From: Klebsormidium nitens
Taxonomy: Eukaryota; Plantae; Klebsormidiophyceae
Direction: 5' to 3'
Length of the DNA stretch: 64,000 bases
Assembly: GCA_000708835.1 (NCBI GenBank)
Contig: DF237397.1
Span: forward strand, 10,262 to 74,261
Shown: piece by piece, positions 49,220 to 61,352 of the stretch
Layout: every line of letters starts with the position of its first letter
Position numbering within the stretch: position 1 is the stretch's first letter
Translations under genes and position numbers: made by a program
Notes under the pieces: generated by a model
The model's input: the letters and a program-made list of their open reading frames with translations, nothing else
What the model was told of the DNA's origin: nothing
The model's database searches: none

Positions 49220-52200
49220 ATGGCGGACCTGGGCTTGGACAGCCAGGGTGATCGGTGGGGCATGGAGGAGGAGATTGACTACGGGGACGATCCATTTGAA
49301 TTGCCAGAGACGCTATTGGCAGAGCAGCCGGCGGGTGAAGAAAAAACGCATCCTGCGGTAAAGGCCGCAGGCGGGCGGAATGTGCTTGCAGGAAGTAAGA
49401 TTGATTTGAGTGGTAAAGGTGAGGTGCGATCGAGGAGGGATAGAGATCGGGGGGTGGATGATGGGAGGCGGGATAGAGAGAATGCTGGGCGAGAAGGAAG
49501 AAAAGAAGGGGAGAGGAAAGGGGGGGAGAGGAGGGAAGCGGAGCGACAGGAAGACGAGAGGAGGGAGGGCGAGAGGGAGAGGAGGCATCGGCATAAGCAC
49601 AGGAGCAGACGAGAGGATCATGTTCCTCAAGGTGAGGTTTATGCTGATTTGGTACAAAGTTATGAATTTTGTGTGACTTTCGACCCTGTCATTTTTGTTG
49701 CACCTGCGCTGTTTTCGATTGGATTAAGGAGATTTGTGACTTGAGACCCGTCATTTCGTTTGCATTTTCACCTATTTGCAATCCTTACACTTCTCATTGC
49801 ATTCTGAGTTATTGCAGTATCCCGAGTGTTGTACTTCGTATCGAATTGGGCAACTGTTTAGTGTTGGCTGCGTCAGTTACAATCTGTGATATGCAGCGTG
49901 TAGAATGTGTATGTCTATTGGTTGAGGTGCTGGAGCTTTGGCGGGAAAGTCGATTGGACTAGAGTTGAAGGAGGTCGCTGCATGAACCGCTTGATCAGCA
50001 TATGAGATTGCGTACAAGTTTACCACCACTCGTCGCTTGTCTTTTTTATCTAGGTGCTGTGAGTGCATGCGTGTGAGCTGTCTTTACGAGGTGTTAGCAT
50101 GTCTTTGTACTGCTTTTTCACAATGCATTGTCCCCTGCTCAAACTGTGCACTTGTGAAAGGCGACCTCGCACGATCAGAAGCTATCTCTGATGATCTTCA
50201 GGGGTTCCGTGTTGTGGACTTTTTGCTGTTAGCTGCACAAAACAACTTTGCTTGTTGAGGCAGGCATGCGGTACATTTGAATGTTTTTTTCAACAAAGGT
50301 GACGAGCAGTTGCTGTCAAATGCTAATGACCTGAGAGTGTCAGATTCTCACGACTTGTTGAAGCTCAGTGAGTCATGGCACTTTTCTTTTGGAGAACATG
50401 GACTGAAGAAGCATTGTTCATAAAAAGCACGGTGTGTTTCAATTTCCCATGTTTGACTTTCTTATTTTACCGGTAAGTGCTCAATCTGTGGGGTGGTCCG
50501 ATTGTATCCACGCCTGTCATCTATGGACAGCGGACTCTCGCCAAGCTCGTTTCGGTTTCCTTGTGCATCTCTTACATCAGAAGTGTGCATAATTTGGCTC
50601 TGCTGAGTTGTCCACTTTATGCCTGCTTCTACTTGCAATGAGGCAGCTTTTAGGATTGGTTGGCTTGCATAAGGCTGCAGAGCAGCTCCAACTTTTTTTG
50701 CGGCGTCCCGTAAAGTGGTTTGTGACAGCATTGGTACTGCCTTTGAAGAGACAATGCTGGCGGAAAGGACTTCATCACTTCGGGTTTGTAGCCTACTAGT
50801 ATTGCGCAGCTTCTAAACTCCCAGTATGTCGTTGAGCATCAAGATATGCATGCATTGCACGAAGTCGTGTCCCCTTTCGCAAGGGCCGTTTTGTGTGCCG
50901 TCAGGCTGGCATAATGGACCATTCTCAATAAGCCCCAAAGAATGCGGCACAGAGAAAGGTCGACGATTCTCCAGCGGGCAGTACACAGTGCTGCTGCAAA
51001 GTCCTGCATTTGGTTTCATTGCTGCCAGAAGCACTATTTGAGGTTTGTTGGAGCTAGGCATGCAAGAGCACACACAGATATTGTGTATCCCTTTTGTCTG
51101 AAAGACGCTTCAGGAAGGTTTGTATTCCCCTGGTCAATGTTGGTTCAGACCACTGTGCTCACTGTGACTTTCTGAGGGACGAAGGTTTCTCCAGCTTCTT
51201 CTTGTATTTGACCATACCATTGGTTTAAGGTCCATAACACCACCTAAGGAAAGTCAGCAGAGAGAGTGCGGTTGGGAAAGTGTTTACTTTTTTCAAATTT
51301 TGCACACGGTTGCCTAGAGCAATCTCCCACCACCATGGACTCAATTTGCACCCTCTTCCTCTGCCAGATGAGCCAGATCGCAGACCAAAGGCCGCTGAGC
51401 CCCGCTCGTTTCCGGAAGACGAAGCTCCCCGCAGCTCAAGAGAAGGCCACAGGAGCAGGCGCTCCCGGGACGATCCCTCAGGCGACGCTCCTGTGCTGGG
51501 GAGGCCAAATGAGAACTCGGTAGGTCTTCCCCGGGAGCGCGCCCTGTCCCCAAAGGAGAGAAAGGAGTCAGCTTTGGTCGAGTTGATGGACGAAGTTCGG
51601 GAAGAGAGAGAACGGAAGAACCGCAAGGAAGGGGACGTGAACGGGCGCGGCGCGCGGTGGGATCAGACCGCTGCAGACCGGGGGGGAGAAAGCAAACCGT
51701 ATAAGGTGAGCAGAGAGATTACAGAAGATAGCAAAAAGGGTTATGATAGGGACGAGAGGGGAGGGAGTGCTCGCTATGGCAGGTATGAGGAGCGGGTTGG
51801 ATTTGATGGGGGAAGGGAAGATGCGAGGAGAGGCGGTAGGTTGTCGCCTGGGGCGGACTATCACGAGAGGCGGGGTCGGATGAGCCCCGGGATGGGGCCG
51901 CGAGATGAGTTTAAGAGAGAGGATCGTGCGCGTATTCATAAGAGGCCAGAGGAGGATAAGGGATGGGAGGATGACAAGCGGTGGGAGGATAAGAGGGGTG
52001 GCGACTTCCGGAGGGAAGAGGGGCGGGGGCCGAAAGATGAAAGGCGGGTGAGGGGGGAAGACGAGGCCTGGCAAGGGAGGGGAAGGGACGAGAGGCGGCG
52101 CGGCCGGGGCGGCGAGAGAGAAGGGGATCGGGGGGAGTACGATGATAGAAGATGGGGCAATAAGGAGGACGACAAACTGGGGGGCCATAGGAGAGACGAA

Positions 52201-55200
52201 GGGAGAGGTTTTAGGGAGGATGAGGCAGGGTATCACAATGGAAAGGGGCGGCCTGACTTTCGGGGAGAGCACTTCCGTGGCAGGGGGCCGTTCAGGCAGG
52301 AGGAAGACCCCCCCCGAAGGGGCGCAGGGGACAGTCTGCGGAGCCCGGGGGGGGAAAGGTCCCCTCCTCGGCGAGAGTACAATGAGCCAGGCACAGATCG
52401 CGGGTTCGATCGAAAAGCGCCCCCCGAAGCGAAACGGCGGTCTGTTTCACCTCCACCAAAACGGAGAGCCAGAACCCCGACCTTGGAGGGTTCAATTGCT
52501 GGCGAGGGGGGGCGAAGGCAGGAAGGTCTTGAGCCCAGCCCCCGGTCGAGAAAAGTGCACAGAGAGGCGACTTTTGACAACGGGGTTCCAGCGGACGAGG
52601 TCCCCCCTCGGCGGAGCCGGAAACGGTCGCTCAGCCCCCCTCCCAAATCAAGAAGTGCGCGGGACGGGAGTGTCAGAGATGGGGACCGGCACCGTTCCGT
52701 GTCGCGCGACCACGCGAGCACCCGGGGCAACGTGGACGATTTCGAGTACGAGAGGGAGAGGCGGCGGGCGCGTCGGGGTGATACCGAGGAGCGCGAGTCC
52801 AAAGCGCCCCCCCGTTCTCCAATCGATGACCACAGGGGGCCCCGTTTCGAGCCTGGGAGAAGCCCAATCCGGCCCCCCATCCAGCTCCAGGGGGGTCCTC
52901 CAATTTTCCGGGAAGGACCCGAGGGTGGTTTGCACGAGAAGGGCCGGGGCAGGGGGGGCTTTATGGGTATGGACATGGGACCTCGCTGGCGGGGGGGTGA
53001 GTTCCCTCGCGGCAGGGGGGGCGGCTACCCCCCTTTCAGCCCCGGATTTGCACCCCCCCAATTCGGGGGCCCTCCGAGACCTTTCCCGAGGCCGGAGTTC
53101 GGTCCGGGGCCCTTGCCTTTCGTCCCAAGAGGCCAGTTTCCTGAGGGAGGTTTCGGTCGGGGGGGGTGGCGTGGACCCCCCCGCCACGAAATGGAGGGCG
53201 ATTTGCTGCCGCCGCCAATGGGTGGTCTTCCTGGACCAGAATGGGAGCGGCGAGGGGGCCCTTGGGAACGGAACGAGCCTTGGGGGGGGGACCAGCCGAG
53301 GCGAGAGTTCCCCCCCCATTTCGAGATGGGGGCCGAGCGGAGAGAGGCGGAAGGGGAGGGGCGGCCTGCGAGGAAAGCGCCGGTTGCTGCCAAGGGGGGT
53401 GAGCGGAAGGCAGAGGAGAAGGTAGTCCCGGCCCCCCCGAAACGAGAGGGGCGGAAGGGGGGCACTGCAATGGCGGCGGTGAAAGCGATGGCGGGGGCAT
53501 TGCAGGTTTCGAGGACGCTTGCTGGGGAGGCGCTCTTTGAGGAGTACAAGAAACTGCTGCCGCTGTCGGTGGCTATGAAGAAGGGGGCTACGATTGCAGA
53601 GAAGGTGCGAGGCTGGCTCTTAGATCTCTGTAGCTCTCGAGTATTTAAGCAGGTATTTAATGTATTTTATGCAGGTAATTCTGTGCTCTTAGACCGTCAA
53701 AAACTCCCATGTAAGAGTCGAGTACAAACTTTTCTGCTTTGACACTATGACAGCCCTGTTGTAAATTTCACAAGCGTGCTTAATCTGGACAGATCAGAAA
53801 CGTTAAATCTCTCTTGTACGATTACAAGTAGGTTACAAGTAGACTGGAACATATGCGGACCAAAGTCAAGAGCAATTTCTCAAGGTGCTTTATGGTCTAT
53901 AGCAAGGAGCTGTCACTGTTTCTAGCTTCAATGTAACTCAGCTCTACAAGCTTCGAGAAACGTCTGACGAACTTCACTTAACACCGCTTACCTTGAAGAA
54001 GAGCAGCATAGAGGCTGTTGGCCCAGGGTCACGCTCTGGTAGGGTTTGGTTCCAGGAGCCTGCTCTGCAGTTGTTTTCCAACTTTGGAAAGATGCTTTTA
54101 TCCGGTCTTGTTTAGTTTTTGGTGCATAAAGGCTATGCCTTCTGAACCCAGACGAACGTGCATGATCTCAAATACAGACCCGAAGGCACACGCTGTGCAT
54201 AATTCAAGAATACTGCACGTTGCACATCACCTCCGCTAATCCTCTTCGCACGATGTGACCTCTGAATGGGCCAACTTTCTTCTTCCGACTGCAATAATCG
54301 TCTCTGCGTTGGGCAAAAGCCGGTCTTCATGATCGTCACACTGGGAGTCATGTTTATGGTCCTTTCGATGCCAGAAACAGGCTTGAGGTCGTCTAGGCTC
54401 TTGCATACAGCGCAGCGGAAAACTGGAGCCGATCGATTTCTGCTTGAACGTTTGCGGCTTATCATGCTCCAGTTTCGCCGCAGATCCGCTAGTCTTCCCA
54501 TACTTTTAAGCTGCCTCAAGTTTTAGACAAAATCGACACGTCCGAGACTGCAAGCCCGCTCCTCAATTCCACTTGATTTTCAGAAACTTTACTATGCAGC
54601 GAAATGATCTGTCAGAGGATGCGTTCTGGGTGATTCAGCCAAAGGCTGCCACTTACTGTAAAGAACTTCAAAGAGCCCGTTAGTCGGCAGAGCAAGATTC
54701 CAAAAATCCATTTGCATTAGTGTAGCGTCCCTTGTAAGCTGCGGTGCAGTGGTCTGTCAATCCGAACATCTCAAATTTCTAAGGGCCTCCGAGCACGAGA
54801 AACGAGAGCATATTTAAGTTTTGTCACAAGGCCCATGGCAAAAGAGCTGCTTGTCACGTTCGCTCCCCTTGGAAAGCATCTTAAGCAGCGAGTCTGCGCG
54901 ATGACTGAATCGTAGGCGGTTTCTCATACTTAAAAGGATGCGTCTAGTTCAATAACATTTTATCCGAGCTTGCGTAATGTATGAACGCCCTCGCCTACCT
55001 TCCAGCTTGCGGATAAGAAATTTTTGATAGCTTCTAACAGTGCCACGTTGTATTTGCAGAGCGCTGTAAGCCTGGAGGATGACTCAGACTCGGCGGGCGG
55101 AGAGGAGCGCCTGCAGGCCCTGGGGCTGGCTGACGAGCTGCCACGTGGCACCTTTGAGGTGAGCTGCTCGGCAACAAGATCACAGAACGGAAGTCATCAG

Positions 55201-56673
55201 CTGTCAGACAGCACAAGATCTTTCGGCTTGTGAGAAAGGCGGAGGCGCTCTGGTGAGACGGGCTGTCGTTCTCTGATGAATTGCCGATTTCATTTGCAGA
55301 ACTCTATCAGGAGACGGTGGAAGCTTCTGACCTCGAAATTATCCTTGCGGTCGAGAAAAACGGGCATCTTCCGCCAGTTTGAAGTATTTAATTCAAGGTC
55401 TGCTTCGGGGATTCCAAAGTTGTTCAGCAAGCTTCTCTTCGTGCAATTGTACTTTGCAGACAAACCCCAGTCTTCACTTGCTGGTACCTCTGTTCGACTG
55501 CCGGTATACGCGCAACCAAATATATCCCCCTAGGTTACATTTGAGCATCCAGTAATAATGATAGCTGAAGCTGCCGAAGATGCAGACGCACTTGCCATAT
55601 TTCTGAGCCCTCTGGTACGAAAAATGGAGCTCACAAACCACATGCTATTTTGTTTCCCATCTGGTTACAGGCAGCCCTGAAGGTGCTCAAAAGCTCAAGT
55701 GGAAACTCTGTTTTCCCCTTTCTTGCAGGCCGCCGTGTCGCTCCTTGAAGACTGGATGCTCTTTTCTCACTTCTTTCACCGAGCATCCAGTACGAAACGT
55801 ACACGCTGTTTGATTGAAGCTGACTGTTTTCGTATGCCTTTTCGCTCGCAGGCGGCCCTGAAGCTGCTCGAAGATTCGGACGCCCATGGCGTCGTCCAAG
55901 CGTCCGCTGTTGGCTGCTTCGTACTCCCGGAGGCGCTGCGCGACATCAAACTGGGGCCGAAACCTGCGCTTTCGTTATTCTCGGAGACAGTCACTGCGAA
56001 CGGGTTAGCTAATGGAAATGAGATGTTAGACAGGGAAGGGGACAGTCAGAGGGAGAGCGATGAGAAACCAGGGTCGGGAGCTAAGGAGGTTGGAAAGGGA
56101 GATGAGGGAAAAGGGCCCGATAATCCGAATGCGAAAACTAGGGAGGGTACGGAGGGGTTTGGCAGCCGTGCTAACGGGCAGGTCGAATCTTTAGGGGAAC
56201 ACGAGACACGAACTTCGAAAGAAGAAAGGCTGGAGGGAGACGAAGAAGATGTTGATTACGGTAACCTGGACGTGGGTTTGGAAGACGAGGTGGATTACGA
56301 GATGGAGGAAGATGAGGGTTTGGGCGGAGTTAAGCGGACGGGTTCCAATGGGGTTCCTTTGCTCGAGGATGAGGGTTTAGACGACGAGGGGAGTGATCCC
56401 GAGCTTGATATTGTGCTTGGTCGCAGGATCGCGTCTTTAATAGGAGCAGAGAGCCGGTCTAAGGCTGCGAGGGATGCTAGCATGAAATCAGTTGGTAGGA
56501 CGGAGGATGAGGAGGGGCCGCAAGATGAGGACTTTGAGGGTCCGAGAGGCGTGTTAGGAGATGCAAAGAAAAAAGGGGAGGAGGCAGCAGGAAAAAGTAG
56601 CGAGCTCGGTCGTCAAGGGCCCTCCGCTACTGGCGGCGAGTCTGTCCGGAGTACACAGCGACCGATCGCTTGA
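49220..56673 (+). CDS. Large low-complexity Arg/Asp/Glu-, RGG- and Gly/Pro-rich protein of unknown function, about 1189 aa; possibly a nuclear RNA-processing factor
   Basis: Phase-consistent exons 49220-49631, 51368-53604, 55060-55158 and 55852-56673. Contains RD/RE dipeptide tracts, repeated RSxSPPP motifs, a GPPxFGG/RGG block, short ordered segments (LFEEYKKLLPLS; TFEAALKLLEDSDAHGVV) and an acidic C-terminus. The start could instead be ATG 49262. Confidence 0.8.
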
Positions 56674-57468
56674 TGCGTGTTCTATTACTTGCTTGCTGGC
56701 CAAGGGTTCTCTGTTATCTGCTTGCTCTCTTTTCTGATGCCTGCAATCGCTGAAGGAGTCCTCATTTGAATTACACCTGAAATCTGGTCCGTCCTTCAAT
56801 CTTATGAGCCAAGTAAAGGGGTAAATACATCCGATGGGGTTGTTTGAAGTTTGGCACTATGGCTAGCATGCACCTTTCAACGCATGCCATACTGATCAGG
56901 ATGGAGCTGTAGTGTTGTGCGCACTGTACGAGCATCACATGTACTAGCCGCTGAGCTTAGCCAAAGATTCGTCTTATATAAGAGCAACCTCGATCGAACC
57001 ATTGGACTCGGATCTCCTTTGACCTCTAGAATCGATCTGGCCAGTTGCCGCCAGGCAGCTTCTGTGTGATTTGACAGGACAGCAAGTTGAATTTGTAGGC
57101 CGCCGATCATTTAAGAACTTCCGCTGATATGTTGAATCATATATTGCTTTAGTATATATTGATGGCCATGGTACGTCAAAGCTCCTTTGACAAACCGACG
57201 CCGATTGGATAACTGCATCGATCCAGTCAATTTCACGTTGAGCGGAGTGTACGCAATACTCATTCATTCCAAAGTGTTAAGTCCGGACGCTTAGCACATG
57301 GCCGAAAATACGGCTTACCACACGCGGCAGCCAGATCCAGGCTAGCTACGTATGTTGAGATTTGCGCAATGAAATGTTCCCCCCTAGCTTATAGCATGCC
57401 ACCGCCGCCGGGCATCCGTTGATGACGGCACAGTTTAGGGATAGTAAGGGCCGTAGGAATCATATTTG

Positions 57469-57488
57469 NNNNNNNNNNNNNNNNNNNN
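57469..57488. other. Assembly gap (20 N)
   Basis: Run of N. Confidence 0.99.
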
Positions 57489-58899
57489 GGCTTACTATTC
57501 CTAGACTGTGTCGGCTCCATCCGTTGCATGCAGCGCGCATGCACAAGTTTCCCATGATCGAATCAGCATTAAGAACGCCACAGCCATGCAATTGAAGACG
57601 CGAGCCACAGGCCGCGTCCGACAACTGCATATGCATCAGATTGGTGTTCAGGCGAGTATGATTGCTCAGCTGCAATAATGTAGATAAGATAAGAATGATG
57701 GCTTTTAATACTTTCAGGTACAAGAATACTGCAGCTAGTCACGTGACGTAAACTTCGGAGCCGTCCTTGACAATGCTACGATCTAATGCGGCATTCGGTA
57801 TCCAGATGATTGATAGATTTCTAGATTCTCAACTAAATTGCGATTCGATTTGGGTCGCAGTGACATTGCTAAGCTCGACTTCAAAAAGGGATCGAAGAAA
57901 ACCTCGTTGATCATGCTAGATCTACAAGTAGCTACGTCAACATGTTTTGATCCCCGCACAACCTGCAACCTCTATCTCCACCGCAAGAAGATCCCTTGAA
58001 GTTTGACAAAGGACTCGATGAGACATCTGGACGGTACTCCTTTCCATAGAAGTTTGCCAAACTTCTATCGAGTTTCACCAAACCAACGGAATTCGACGTC
58101 TGATCGCGGGCCGGACAAGACAACATATCATCAAGTCCTTGCGTGAGGCGTATTTCCTGACGGTTCCAGGTGTTCCCGATGTGAGGCTAAGTACGCCAAA
58201 AGGTGGTACGAAGCGAAGTAGAACAGGGACGAACGACGGCCGGTTCCGTTTGTTTCAGGAACATGTCCAGCTTGAACGCCAGGTTAACGGAGCTCTGGTG
58301 GAAACATTGATTCCAATTGGGAAGCGAGATCGTTCTGGAGGGACTGAAACCCGGAAACTGATGGAGAGGAGGCCCAGCATGAGCCGGGCGATTCAGACAC
58401 AAAGAATCCTTTCCAGGGTATAAGCATTTCGAGGATTCCGCTCGCTGCATAGGCCAAGGGTGCCAGGTATTAGTATGGTACGAAGTAGGACAAGGACGAG
58501 CCGGCAGCCAGATATATTGTCAAATGGATCCGCCCAAGTCTGGTTGTTGGACGCGTAACGTGCACCTTTTCAGCCAGCCCACATTCATCTAGAGTTAAGC
58601 TTCGAAATTGCGTGTCCGCTCGAGTCGTTCTACACCTCCTGGCGCCGGAACCCCGGAAATTGCCGTCTCCTGAGGTGCGTCCTGACAAATGCGTCATGCA
58701 AGGCTTTCCTGGTCCCCCGGGTCCGTTCGGTTTGTCGTAAGCTTGTCGCTTTTGATGAGTCTCCAGGAACGCGACGCTTTAAAACGGCTCCCACTCACGC
58801 TGGACGTAATGTGCAATCTGGTCCGCCCTCAGGGGGGTTACCTCGAAAGCGCCTGACGCAGACCAGGAAGCACAGCTCGAGACCAGGCTTAAGAGCAAA

Positions 58900-59185
58900 G
58901 ACGAAGCGCCCGGGTGATACGAAGAAGCGCCCGGGTCAAACAAGGAAGCGTCCTCTGTCGGCAATGAAGCGCGGGATAAAGGAGAAGCGCCCGGGTCAGG
59001 GAAGAAGCGCCCAAGATTTAAGGAAAAAGCGCCCGGGTTACACGAATGAAGCGCCCGGGATTGAAGAAAAGCGCCCGGGTCGAATGAGAAAGCGCCCGAT
59101 CAAACGAAGAAGCACCCGATCAAACGAAGAAGCACCCGGGTCAAACCAAGAAGCGCCCGCTGTCGATTAAAAAGCCCCCGGGGTC
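58900..59185. repeat. Minisatellite, about 14 units of about 20-21 bp with core GAAGCGCCCGGG
   Basis: The core (G/A)AAGC(G/A)CCCG(GG) recurs roughly every 20-21 bp from about 58903 to about 59175. Confidence 0.85.
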
Positions 59186-61352
59186 GACGAACCGCTCGGG
59201 TTCCTGCTTCGCCAAAGCCTTCATCATCAAACATATGACCCCGGTTGCCAATCCAATCCTCTCCACCCGTTTCTCTACCACCTCCGCCTTGCACTTGTTC
59301 CTAACACCAGGTTTGGCCGCAAGCCACGGCCCCGGACGCTCACAAACATGGTTTTCAACCGTCGTCCGCAGGAGCGGCCCCCTCCGTCCGGCGTCCGTGT
59401 CCCCGGCCTCATCTCCCGACAGCCAGCGCTTCCACCGCGCACCGCTCTCGTTTCGGGGGAGTACTTTTGCGGGCCTCCCCGAATCCCCAGCCAACTAGGA
59501 AAACCTGACTTCGAGTTGGCCAGAGCATCCACATGCTCTGGGCGAGCATCTTCTCAGGGGCTCGTAGCGCGGCTGACGCCGGCGGCTGACGTCGGGCTGA
59601 GTCCTGAGGGAAGGAACGGAGGACCTTGAAAACGGTCGGCGAGAGGTGGTCGTGGTCGCTTGCGAGCGCAGAGAAAAGCGTGCCCTTCAAACTGCACAGA
59701 GGATTGGCAATCGGGGTTGGATCTTTCTTCCCCAACAACGTCGGTGGTGTGAACCAGTATGTGCTAAAGCTCCATTGCTCTAAGTGGTCTGAATGACGGA
59801 TTCTCTTGGACGTTTTGAGAAGACTCACACTTACAAGCGCAAGCAGATAGAAATCGTTGTCTATGTCAGGAAGTCATCAAAGTCACCATCAGTTCTGGGC
59901 CAGGAAGTCATCAAAGTCACCATCAGTTCTGGGCATATGCCAATCGCTTCAGCAGCTGACATAAAAGTAGAGGGGCCGGAGCAACAGTGCCTGTGGCTCT
60001 GCTTTGCACTCCTTTCTGCAAGCAAGTTTGCGAGCGCCATTTCGGAATCAACCAACACACGGAGAAGTGCAAAGAACAAACAGAGACGGCCCATATCGCT
60101 CCGTTTTCGCACGCGTCTGTTGATAAGTTCGATACCCAAACGTATCTGGTCGTGCAGATGACCGAAGGACAGAAGCCACGGCGCCTTAGTGGCCAGGAAT
60201 GAGGGGCGCACCAGGATTCGCGTCAAGTCCGGCCAGGTCACGCCGTACTTCTGGCTATGTCCGTCAACTGAGGAACGCCAAGTAGATTCTTCTTCCGCAG
60301 CAACTCGATGTGCTCCTGAGGAACAGCGCCTCTCCGCTTGCGGCGGCTCCCAACCTTCTAGGAGACGAACTGGAGAAGAAAGTCGGGAGAAGGTTGGGAC
60401 CTTCGAACGGGTATGATATGACGAGAAAGAGCCTCCAACGAGATTTCTGATGCCTGTAAAAGGTTCGCAAACCTCGCCAGCTTGTAGTGAAGACGAGAAG
60501 CAAATGGCTGCATCTTTGCCCAAGGTATGTGAGCGGCGGCAGTCCGTCGGCCGGGATGACGAACCTGCACAATTAATCCACCTCCGCGCACAAGCACTGA
60601 CACGAGTGTGAAATGAGGACGCACGCAGATGATGTAACTTATACGGATCAATCTATCTGCAGAAGTCGCAAGAGTCAGGTGAGCACTGGCGGATACCCAG
60701 GCGTCGGTCGAGCGTACATCACTGCGGAGGTCCACTGGGGTCCGAGATGAGAAGCTGAGCGTGTCCAAATACGTGCAGAGTATATAAGTATCGTCGTTCC
60801 CCCAGTAAGATGTTTACTGGATCCATTTCAGTCACACCAATGACACAGTCGAGGCGGGTCCCAGTTCTAGGTTGAAGGTCTTGTTTTTGAGTGTCATCCT
60901 TGCTGTCGCAATTGCGCAACGGAGTAGAAAAGGGATGAACATCTATAGTCCATAGAGACTCAAGAAGAACCGCTCATAAAGGCTAAAGCAGGCCGCTGCC
61001 TTACCAGCGATGCTCGTCTTGGATCCGGGGGCATTCCGCTCCATCTCGTGGGTTTGCTTGCGGAAGCCGAATCGAAGGTAAGAATCGAGAAACACATGGC
61101 GCAGGCTTCGTCCTAAAGCAACTGCATGCACAGGAGGCAGAAACATTGTGTCGGTCTGACTCCAGCTTGCGCCCGGACGGACTTTGAAAGCGAGTGACCC
61201 ATGGTCTGATTTACGGCGTTTGAAGTGCCCAGATTCAGCGATTTTGAGATGTACAAGTTGCGTGGTGCCGCTCGTGCGGAAGTGCGCCTATCGCACCGCT
61301 GACGAAGCGCGGAGCGGAGGCAAAATTGTGGGTTGAATATGCTTTTGAGCAG

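Noticed and set aside
51568-53549. Long antisense and alternate-frame ORFs (up to 427 aa) as overlapping genes
   Set aside because: These are expected shadows of a GC-rich low-complexity exon with few stop codons in other frames.
57780-58700. Transposase or gene remnant
   Set aside because: The frames are short and interrupted, with no recognisable motif.
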